Source: Gammaproteobacteria bacterium | GTDB lineage: Bacteria > Pseudomonadota > Gammaproteobacteria > S012-40 | Assembly: GCA_015491615.1 (NCBI GenBank) | Contig: WFVN01000011.1 | Coordinates: 1 to 41,012, forward strand | Length of the DNA stretch: 41,012 nt | Reading direction: 5' to 3' | Part shown: piece by piece, positions 34,622 through 41,012 of the stretch | How the letters are laid out: each line of letters starts with the position of its first letter | Numbering within the stretch: the stretch's first letter is position 1 | Translations under genes and position numbers: made by a program | Notes under the pieces: model-generated | What the model was told of the DNA's origin: nothing | Database searches by the model: none | The model's input: only the letters and a program-made list of their open reading frames with translations

Positions 34622-34825
34622 ATGTCCCGTTGGCTCATCACCGTCGGCGTCATCCTCATCCTGTTGGGGTTGATCTGGCCTTGGCTAAGCAAGCTGGGGT
34701 TGGGGCGTCTGCCCGGTGACATCGTCATCGAACGGGACAACGTGCGGTTCTATTTTCCTGTCACCACCTCCATCCTCATCAGTCTCGTCCTGAGCGTGGT
34801 GTTCTGGTTGCTGTTCAGGAAATAG
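34622..34825 (+). CDS. DUF2905-like small membrane protein
   Basis: A 67-aa product with two TM helices flanking the GRLPGDIVIERDN motif characteristic of this family. Confidence 0.7.
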   Translation: MSRWLITVGVILILLGLIWPWLSKLGLGRLPGDIVIERDNVRFYFPVTTSILISLVLSVVFWLLFRK

Positions 34826-34831
34826 CGCGGG

Positions 34832-35854
34832 ATGAGCCAGGACTTCAATCAACAGCGTGGCTACCGGCCCCTGTTCCTGTGGGTGATCTGGGCCGCGGCG
34901 GCCCTCGCCGTCTATCTCTCTTTCTACCAGGATACCGACGTCTGGGACTTCGTCGAGCGCGATACCAGCCGCATCACCTGGATCATCATGGCCCTGTTCG
35001 CCCTGGGGGTGTTGGCCAGTTTCGTCATTACCTATCTGGTCACGCGCGAGAACCTGAAAGTGGTGGACCTGGAGGGGCGGGCGCAAATCAGCGGTTTGGC
35101 AGGCCTGGAGGTGCGGGAAAACAGCCGTTTCGCCTCGGAACGCTTCTTTTCCGCCCTCAAGCAGGTGGCCCGCAACAGCAACCAGCCTCCCAACGTGGCG
35201 GCCCTCATCGAGATCGAACTCTCGCCTCTGTCGCGCGCCGCGCGCATGGTGGAGCTGTTGGGCAACATCCTCATCACCCTCGGGCTCATCGGTACGGTGA
35301 TGGGACTCACCCTCACCCTCACCGGCCTCACCGGGTCTCTGGAATCCCTCGGCGAGGACCACGAAAAGCTGTTGCGCGGCCTGCGCCAGGCCATGGGCGG
35401 CATGGGCACCGCCTTCTACACCACCCTCCTGGGAGCCATCCTCGGAGGGGTGTTGCTGCGCGTCTTCGCCCAGATCAACCACCATGCGGTGGAAAGCCTG
35501 TCCGACAGCATGACCCGTGTTTGTCTGGTGCACTGTGCCACCGATCTGCAGCCCACTCTGGAGAAAGACCTCAGTTTCCTGGAAGCGCAGATCCGTTCCC
35601 TGGGACAGAACACCGAGCGTCTGCGCCAGGCCTTCCTGGAGGCGCGGGAGACGCTGGAGCTGTTCGAGAAACAACTGGCCGACGTGCGCCGACGGGCCTG
35701 GAACCCGGACGAAAAAGATGCCCTCGAGGCCCTAGTGGAGACTCACCGACAGTACATGCGCGTATTGCGTCAGGAGGCCGAGGCGCATGCCTATCTCTAC
35801 GGCACGCCCACGGAACGCATCCGCGCCTTTTTCCGTCGCATCATCGCCAAGTGA
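34832..35854 (+). CDS. MotA/TolQ/ExbB-family proton-channel protein with a ~110-aa coiled-coil C-terminal tail
   Basis: Two N-terminal TM helices come first. The family signature follows in TM3/TM4 (LLGNILITLGLIGTVMGL and MGTAFYTTLLGAILGGVLL). The C-terminus is heptad-like and rich in Leu/Glu/Arg. Confidence 0.8.
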   Translation: MSQDFNQQRGYRPLFLWVIWAAAALAVYLSFYQDTDVWDFVERDTSRITWIIMALFALGVLASFVITYLVTRENLKVVDLEGRAQISGLAGLEVRENSRFASERFFSALKQVARNSNQPPNVAALIEIELSPLSRAARMVELLGNILITLGLIGTVMGLTLTLTGLTGSLESLGEDHEKLLRGLRQAMGGMGTAFYTTLLGAILGGVLLRVFAQINHHAVESLSDSMTRVCLVHCATDLQPTLEKDLSFLEAQIRSLGQNTERLRQAFLEARETLELFEKQLADVRRRAWNPDEKDALEALVETHRQYMRVLRQEAEAHAYLYGTPTERIRAFFRRIIAK

Positions 35855-35866
35855 AGGGGGTGAGCG

Positions 35867-36649
35867 ATGAGCCTGCGTCGGCAAGCCTCGCAGAACAACG
35901 TCCACGAGAGTTTCTCCGACGTCGCCCTGCTCATGCTTGCCACTTTCATTTTCCTGTTGGTGGTGATCCTCATCTCCTACAAACTGGCCAACCAGGATGA
36001 GCTGCCACGCTTGAAGGAAGAAGTCGCACAGCTCCAGGAGGAATTGCGCAAGGAGCGACAGAAGAGCCAGCACATGGCCCGCAGCCTGGATGCCATGGCC
36101 TCCATGGACGTCTCCGCGCACATGGATCAGGCTCTACGCGCCGCCAGCCTCGCCGACGGCCAGGGGCGCAAGGATTTCGAGCTCTTCATCAAAGAGCTGC
36201 GTGACCTGCCCGGTGAGGACATCCATCTCATCGTCGATGCCACCGGGTCCATGCACGGAGTAGCCACCTTCCTCGTCCCGGTGTTGCGGGTGATCGTCGT
36301 GCGCTCGCAGAAACGCCTGTCGGCGGTGACTTGGTTCGCGGACGGGGAGGCGCAGACCTATCAGGGCAGCATGGGGGAGGTGTTCGACCGCCTCATGGCC
36401 GACGCCCCCTTCATGGGCCACAACGAGACCATCGGTGCGGCCTTCAAGTACGCCGCCAAGCATGCCCCCGCGCCGGGGGCCTACATCCTCATCGGTGACG
36501 AGCCCTCCACCGACAAAATCGTCTATTTCAGCATCCCTTCGCCGGTGTTCACCCTCCCCATCGGGGCGGAGAACCCGGACACCAACTGGGAATACCGGAC
36601 CCTGGCGGAGAAGACCGGCGGCAAGATGATGCACCTGGTCTTCCGCTGA
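35867..36649 (+). CDS. MotB/ExbD-type single-TM protein with coiled-coil linker and C-terminal vWA (MIDAS) domain
   Basis: The N-terminus ESFSDVALLMLATFIFLLVV parallels the MotB plug/TM with its conserved Asp (YADFMTAMMAFFLV). A coiled coil follows (LPRLKEEVAQLQEELRKERQK). The vWA core has the MIDAS-like IHLIVDATGSMHG plus later beta-alpha repeats. Confidence 0.7.
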   Translation: MSLRRQASQNNVHESFSDVALLMLATFIFLLVVILISYKLANQDELPRLKEEVAQLQEELRKERQKSQHMARSLDAMASMDVSAHMDQALRAASLADGQGRKDFELFIKELRDLPGEDIHLIVDATGSMHGVATFLVPVLRVIVVRSQKRLSAVTWFADGEAQTYQGSMGEVFDRLMADAPFMGHNETIGAAFKYAAKHAPAPGAYILIGDEPSTDKIVYFSIPSPVFTLPIGAENPDTNWEYRTLAEKTGGKMMHLVFR

Positions 36650-36652
36650 CGC

Positions 36653-37822
36653 TCACAGGGTGGGGCGGCGGTCGTGGAGGGCGAAGCCGGAAAGGAGGGC
36701 GTCGAGGCCGCGGGCGAGGGCCATCACCTTGAACAGCTCCCCCATCTCACTGGGTAGGGTGAGGCGTTTCACCTGCTGCGCCAGGGCCAGGTAGGCCTGC
36801 TCGTCCCCCTGCGCCTCCTGCAACATCCCCTCCAGCCCCTGGCCCAGGAGAAAGAAGGCCTGGGCGGTGTAGCCCGCCACCTCGAGGCCGGCCTCGAGGG
36901 CGGCGCGGGCGATGGCGGAGAAATCCACGTGCGCGGTGAGGTCCTGGAGGCCGGGATAGACGAAGGGGTCGTCGTGGGCGTGGTGGCGGTAGTGGCACAT
37001 GAGGGTGCCCTGGTGGCGTTGCGGGTGATAGAACTCGTGCTCCGGGAAGCCATAGTCGATGAGCAGGGCGACGCCCCGTTCCAGCCACCGGCCCAGGTCC
37101 GCCACCCAGCCCTCGGCCGCCAGGTTCACCTCGGTGCGGTAAGGGGTGACGCCCTCCGTGAGGCGGGCGATGCGCTCGGCGCGCTCGCCGAGGGCCCGGT
37201 TCGCCAGGGGCCGGCGATCCCAGGCGAAACACCCGCCGCGCCACGTCACCCCTTGCTCGAAGACGCCCACCTTGGTGAGTTCCAGGCGGTGCACGGGCAT
37301 GGCGTCGAGGACCTCGTTGGCCAGCACCACCCCCCGGAACGCCGGCGGCGGGGCGTCGATCCAGGTCACCCGTGCCCCAAAGCGGGCCAGGCGTGCCCGC
37401 TGGCGTTGACGCAGGTCGGGGCTCACCTCGAGGATGAGATAGCGCTCGGGGAGGGTGTCGAGGCGCGTCAGTTCGTCCAGGATCGCCTCCGCCATGGCGC
37501 CGGTGCCGGCGCCGAACTCCAGCACCGACCCGCCCCCCAGGGCCGCCAGGACCTCCTGCGCCTGGCGCGCCAGGCAGCGGGAGAACAGGGGAGAGAGTTC
37601 GGGGGCGGTGGTGAAGTCGCCCCCTTCCCCGAGCTTGTGGGCGCCGGCGCTATAATAGCCGAGCCCCGGGGCGTACAGGGCCGCTTCCATGTAGCGGTGG
37701 AAGGGCAGGAAGCCGCCGGCCGCCTCGATGGCGGCGCGGATGTGTTCCACCAGGGCCAGGGAGTGGGCCTGGGCCGCGGGCTCGGGGACGGGCAGGCGGG
37801 CGGGACGGGTGATGGCGACCAT
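36653..37822 (-). CDS. DUF185 (MidA/NDUFAF7-like) SAM-dependent methyltransferase
   Basis: Family motifs are present: FHRYMEAALYAPGLGYY, GDFTTAPELSPLF, LEFGAGTGAMA, ANEVLDAMPV and DYGF. It is convergent with the preceding gene across a 3-nt gap. Confidence 0.85.
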   Translation of the reverse strand: MVAITRPARLPVPEPAAQAHSLALVEHIRAAIEAAGGFLPFHRYMEAALYAPGLGYYSAGAHKLGEGGDFTTAPELSPLFSRCLARQAQEVLAALGGGSVLEFGAGTGAMAEAILDELTRLDTLPERYLILEVSPDLRQRQRARLARFGARVTWIDAPPPAFRGVVLANEVLDAMPVHRLELTKVGVFEQGVTWRGGCFAWDRRPLANRALGERAERIARLTEGVTPYRTEVNLAAEGWVADLGRWLERGVALLIDYGFPEHEFYHPQRHQGTLMCHYRHHAHDDPFVYPGLQDLTAHVDFSAIARAALEAGLEVAGYTAQAFFLLGQGLEGMLQEAQGDEQAYLALAQQVKRLTLPSEMGELFKVMALARGLDALLSGFALHDRRPTL

Positions 37823-37836
37823 GGGAGCGACTGAAA

Positions 37837-38595
37837 ATGAGCGACGGCGATTATAACCCGCCCGGGGAACGGGTGGCCCTGATCACCGGCGCCGCCCACC
37901 GGGTGGGGGCGGCCATCGCTCGTGAGCTGCATCGGTCCGGGATGCGGGTGGTGATCCACTACCGCCGCTCGCGCGCCGCTGCCGAGGCCTTGTGCGCGGA
38001 GCTGGAGGGGCGCCGCCCCGATTCCGCCGTCGCCCTGGGCGCCGATCTGCTGGACGCCGGCCAGCGCCGGCGCCTGGTGGCGGAGGCGGTGGCCCGCTGG
38101 GGGCGCCTGGACGCCCTCGTCAACAACGCCTCCACCTTCTATCCCACCCCCCTGGCGAGCGCCGATGAGGCCCAGTGGGAAGACCTCCTGGGCAGCAATC
38201 TCAAGGCTCCGTTCTTTCTCGCCCAGGCGACCGCCGACGAACTCTCCGCCACCGCCGGGGCCATCGTCAACATCGTTGATGTGCACGCCGAGCGACCCCT
38301 CAAGGGGCACCCCATCTATTCCATCGCCAAAGCCGGCCTGGCCATGCTCACCAAGACCCTGGCGCGGGAACTGGCCCCGCGGGTACGCGTGAACGCGGTC
38401 GCCCCGGGGGCCATCCTGTGGCCGGAGCGGCCCCTGTCCGAGGCGGACCGGACGCAGATCCTCGACCGCATCGCCCTCAAGCGCCAGGGGCGCCCGGAGG
38501 ACGTGGCGCGGGCGGTGCGTTTCCTGATCCTGGAGGCGGACTACACCACCGGCCAGGTGTTGGCGGTGGACGGCGGTCGCAGCCTCTCCCAGTGA
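37837..38595 (+). CDS. Pteridine reductase (FolM/PTR1-like short-chain dehydrogenase)
   Basis: It has the SDR motifs ITGAAHRVGAAIA (TGxxxRxG variant typical of pteridine reductases), NNAS and YSIAKAG (YxxxK). It lies next to folK-folB. Confidence 0.8.
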   Translation: MSDGDYNPPGERVALITGAAHRVGAAIARELHRSGMRVVIHYRRSRAAAEALCAELEGRRPDSAVALGADLLDAGQRRRLVAEAVARWGRLDALVNNASTFYPTPLASADEAQWEDLLGSNLKAPFFLAQATADELSATAGAIVNIVDVHAERPLKGHPIYSIAKAGLAMLTKTLARELAPRVRVNAVAPGAILWPERPLSEADRTQILDRIALKRQGRPEDVARAVRFLILEADYTTGQVLAVDGGRSLSQ

Positions 38596-38596
38596 A

Positions 38597-39082
38597 TCAG
38601 TCCAGGCGCACCGGCTTCAGGTGGGCCGGGTCGTAGTCCAGCCCCGCCAGCAGTTCGCGCAGGGGGCGGCCCTCGGTGGGGTGGACCAGGTCGGGGGCGA
38701 GGTCGCACAGGGGCACGAGGACGAAGGCCTGGGTGAGGATCTCCGGGCGCGGCAAAACCAATCGCCCCTCGCTGAGGACGGTGTCCCCGTGCAGGAGCAG
38801 ATCGATGTCCATGGTGCGGGCGGAAAAGCGGGGTCCATCCCGGCACCGCCCCAGAGCCTTCTCCAGTTCGCCCAGGCGCGCGTGCACGGCCTGCGGGGGC
38901 AGGTCGGTCTCCAGGGCCACCGCCAGGTTGAGGAACGGGGCGCCGTGAAAACCCACCGCCGGGGTGCGGTAGATGGGGGAGACGCGCAGGGGGCCGAAGG
39001 CGTCTTCCAGGGCCGCCAGGGCGGCACGCACATGGCGCTCCGGTTCGATGTTGGAGCCCAGGCTGAGGAAGACCCGGGCCAT
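38597..39082 (-). CDS. folK: 2-amino-4-hydroxy-6-hydroxymethyldihydropteridine diphosphokinase
   Basis: The product begins [24 protein letters not shown]-like RDGPRFSARTMDIDLL, and LP.P....R.FVL.PL follow. Only the last 161 codons of track ORF 38597..40534 are real. The start overlaps the folB stop. Confidence 0.9.
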   Translation of the reverse strand: MARVFLSLGSNIEPERHVRAALAALEDAFGPLRVSPIYRTPAVGFHGAPFLNLAVALETDLPPQAVHARLGELEKALGRCRDGPRFSARTMDIDLLLHGDTVLSEGRLVLPRPEILTQAFVLVPLCDLAPDLVHPTEGRPLRELLAGLDYDPAHLKPVRLD

Positions 39083-39438
39083 CAGGGTCGTTCGCCGCGT
39101 TCGATGATCACGCCCACGTCCTGGGCACCGCGGATGGCCCCCGGCTTGCTCACCCGCAGGCGCAGCCAGGGGACGCCGAACTCCTCCCGCACGAGCTCGG
39201 CGATGCGCTCGGCGAGGGTCTCCACCAGTTGGAAGTCGCTGCCTTCGACGAAGGCGATGATGCGCTTGGCCACCGCCTTGTAGTCCAGGGCGTGATCGAT
39301 GTGGTCGCTGGCTGCCGCCTCGCGGATGTCCCAACCCATTTCCAGGTCGATGCTCACCGTCTGGCGGATGGCCCGCTCCCAGTCGAAGATGCCGATGACC
39401 GTGCTCACGCGCAGATCGCGCAGGTAGATGATGTCCAT
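39082..39438 (-). CDS. folB: Dihydroneopterin aldolase
   Basis: The product begins [22 protein letters not shown], with DYKAVAKRI and [10 protein letters not shown] following. The start is at 39438, inside track ORF 39082..39507. Confidence 0.88.
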   Translation of the reverse strand: MDIIYLRDLRVSTVIGIFDWERAIRQTVSIDLEMGWDIREAAASDHIDHALDYKAVAKRIIAFVEGSDFQLVETLAERIAELVREEFGVPWLRLRVSKPGAIRGAQDVGVIIERGERP

Positions 39439-39505
39439 GGGCCCGTCGTGTGGCTGTGGGGCGGTTATAATGGCACAGGCTTTGACAGGGGAAAACGAGG
39501 CGGAC

Positions 39506-40093
39506 ATGAACGTGTTGTGGATCGTGGGGGCCTATCTGATGGGCTCCATCGCCAGCGCCGTGGTGGTGGCCCGCCTCATGGGCCTGCCCGATCCGCGCAC
39601 CCAGGGCTCGGGCAATCCCGGGGCCACCAACGTCTTGCGCCTGGGCGGCAAGAAGGCCGCCGCCCTCACTCTCCTGGGGGACGTCCTCAAGGGGGTGATC
39701 CCGGTCCTGGCGGCGCGCCTGGCCGGCCTGCCCGAGACGGGCGTGGCCCTGGTGGCCCTGGCCGCCTTTCTCGGTCACCTCTACCCCGTCTTCTTCGGTT
39801 TCAAGGGGGGCAAGGGGGTGGCCACCGCCTTCGGTGTGCTGGTGGCGGGCGTCTCCCTCCTGGGACTGGCCATCCTCGCCACCTGGCTGGCGGTGGCCTT
39901 CGCCACCCGTATCTCCTCCCTCTCCGCCCTCACCGCCGCCGCCCTCGCCCCCCTGTACGCCCACTGGCTGGGACTGGCGCTGGTGTGGACGGTGGTCAGC
40001 GCGGTGATCGCAGTGTTGGTGTTCTGGCGCCATCGCAGCAACATCCGCAACCTCCTGGCCGGCCGTGAAGAGCGTATCGATCTGCGCCGCTGA
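39506..40093 (+). CDS. plsY: Glycerol-3-phosphate acyltransferase PlsY
   Basis: PlsY motifs [34 protein letters not shown] and HR.NI.NL are present in a multi-TM protein. Confidence 0.92.
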   Translation: MNVLWIVGAYLMGSIASAVVVARLMGLPDPRTQGSGNPGATNVLRLGGKKAAALTLLGDVLKGVIPVLAARLAGLPETGVALVALAAFLGHLYPVFFGFKGGKGVATAFGVLVAGVSLLGLAILATWLAVAFATRISSLSALTAAALAPLYAHWLGLALVWTVVSAVIAVLVFWRHRSNIRNLLAGREERIDLRR

Positions 40094-40102
40094 GGCCGTT
40101 TT

Positions 40103-40111
40103 TGATAGAAT
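40103..40111 (+). promoter_or_regulatory. Candidate extended -10 promoter element (TGATAGAAT) upstream of argS
   Basis: A TGnTAGAAT sequence sits in the 49-nt plsY-argS spacer, 32 nt before the putative TTG start. This is sequence pattern only. Confidence 0.25.
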
Positions 40112-40142
40112 TTCCGCCCTTTTCCAGCCCCCGGAGACGCCC

Positions 40143-41012
40143 TTGAAAGACCACATCCAGACCCTCCTCAGCGCCGCCCTGGACCGCCTGCGCGAACAGG
40201 GCCTGGTGCCGGCGGAGGTGGACGTGCCGGTGCAGGTGGAGCGTACCCGCGACCGCCGCCACGGCGATTTCGCCAGCAACCTGGCCATGCGCCTGGCCAA
40301 GCCGGCGCGGCGCAATCCGCGCGAACTGGCCCAGGCCCTGGTGGAGGCCCTGCCGGCCTCCGAATGGGTGGAGGAGGTGGAGATCGCCGGCCCCGGGTTC
40401 ATCAATTTCACCCTCGCCGCCGACGCCTGGCCGCGGGTGGTGCGCCAGGTCCTGGAGGCGGGCGAGGCGTTCGGCCGTTCCAGCATCGGCGCCGGCAAGC
40501 GCGTGCAGGTGGAGTTCGTCTCCGCCAACCCCACCGGTCCCCTGCATGTGGGCCACGGGCGCGGCGCCGCCTACGGGGCGGCGGTGGCCGATCTGCTCGC
40601 CGCTGCCGGCTTTCAGGTGCACCGCGAGTACTACGTCAACGACGCCGGTCGGCAGATGAACATCCTCGCGGTGAGCGTCTGGCTGCGCTATCTGGAGCGT
40701 TGCGGCGAGGCCGTGCCCTTCCCCAGCAACGGCTACCGGGGCGAGTACGTGCGCGACATCGCCGCGCGTCTTTACGAGACCGAGGGGGAGCGCCTGTGCC
40801 GGCCGGCGGCCGAGGTCTTCGCCGGCATCCCCGCCGACGCCCCCGAGGGCGACAAGGAGGTCCATATCGACGCCCTCATCCGCCGCGCCCGCGAGCTCCT
40901 GGGGGAGGACGGCTACCGTACCGTGTTCGATCTGGGGCTGCGCCTCATCCTCGAGGACATCCGCGAGGACCTGGAGGCCTTCGGGGTGGTGTACGAGGAG
41001 TGGTTCTCCGAG
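40143..41012 (+). CDS. argS: Arginine--tRNA ligase, N-terminal 290 codons (3' end lies outside the window)
   Basis: The frame is open to the window end. It shows the N-terminal Add-1 domain pattern ([25 protein letters not shown]). The class-I HIGH motif reads [21 protein letters not shown]. The putative TTG start at 40143 follows GGAGA. Confidence 0.9.
   Translation, partial: MKDHIQTLLSAALDRLREQGLVPAEVDVPVQVERTRDRRHGDFASNLAMRLAKPARRNPRELAQALVEALPASEWVEEVEIAGPGFINFTLAADAWPRVVRQVLEAGEAFGRSSIGAGKRVQVEFVSANPTGPLHVGHGRGAAYGAAVADLLAAAGFQVHREYYVNDAGRQMNILAVSVWLRYLERCGEAVPFPSNGYRGEYVRDIAARLYETEGERLCRPAAEVFAGIPADAPEGDKEVHIDALIRRARELLGEDGYRTVFDLGLRLILEDIREDLEAFGVVYEEWFSE

Noticed and set aside
34832-36649. 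Interpretation of the MotA/MotB-like pair as a Zorya anti-phage defence system.
   Set aside because: No ZorC/ZorD/ZorE-like genes (nuclease, helicase or HNH effector) flank the pair. The MotA-like tail is short, about 110 aa. The MotB-like protein lacks a peptidoglycan-binding domain. The context is housekeeping DNA with host-like GC.
38597-40865. The 645-aa minus-strand ORF 38597..40534 and the 289-aa minus-strand ORF 39996..40865.
   Set aside because: Only the last 161 codons of the first ORF (folK) look like a real protein. The remainder runs antisense to folB-frame, plsY and argS sequences and is Arg/Gly/Pro-rich. The second ORF is antisense to argS.

Overview
This 41,012-bp window comes from a high-GC proteobacterial chromosome; gene order and protein motifs look gammaproteobacterial. 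All family assignments were made by eye from motifs, since no database or HMM search could be run.

Both flanks are ordinary housekeeping DNA.
- Left flank (1-10.5 kb): thiC (5'-truncated), an RsmB/F-type RNA methyltransferase, msrB, a Sel1-repeat protein, a HAD hydrolase, thiD-thiE-hemL, a DedA-fusion membrane protein and dgkA.
- Right flank (28.2-41 kb): a membrane GGDEF cyclase, a long-form asparagine synthase, an orphan ParA-like ATPase, ilvA, rpiA, a MotA/MotB-like gene pair, a DUF185 methyltransferase, pteridine reductase, folK-folB, plsY and argS (3'-truncated).

The centre (about 10.55-28.25 kb) is compositionally different. Hand counts of 60-nt lines give 72% GC at 1-60, 43% at 14401-14460, 35% at 20041-20100 and 68% at 24001-24060. 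No integrase, transposase or tRNA is visible there.

From 12.6 to 28.25 kb the centre carries about 25 tightly packed, almost entirely co-directional ORFs. Together they look like a self-contained, non-canonical cbb3-type (C-family) heme-copper oxidase system:
- a CcoN-like subunit I with every metal ligand and the cross-link Tyr in place;
- a CcoO-like subunit with a large insertion;
- two heme-less FixP_N-like proteins where a diheme CcoP would be expected;
- a stand-alone paralogue of CcoN helices X-XII;
- four extra c-type cytochromes;
- CcoS-, CcoG- and FixH-like maturation genes;
- components with no described role in cbb3 biogenesis: an FGE/SUMF1-like protein, a membrane-fused spermidine-synthase-like protein, and several micro-ORFs.

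A second item worth a look is a stator-like MotA/ExbB-family gene followed by a MotB-type TM protein. That protein's periplasmic part is a vWA/MIDAS domain rather than a peptidoglycan-binding domain (34.8-36.6 kb).

Many long ORFs in the supplied track are antisense or out-of-frame shadows typical of high-GC DNA and were discarded.
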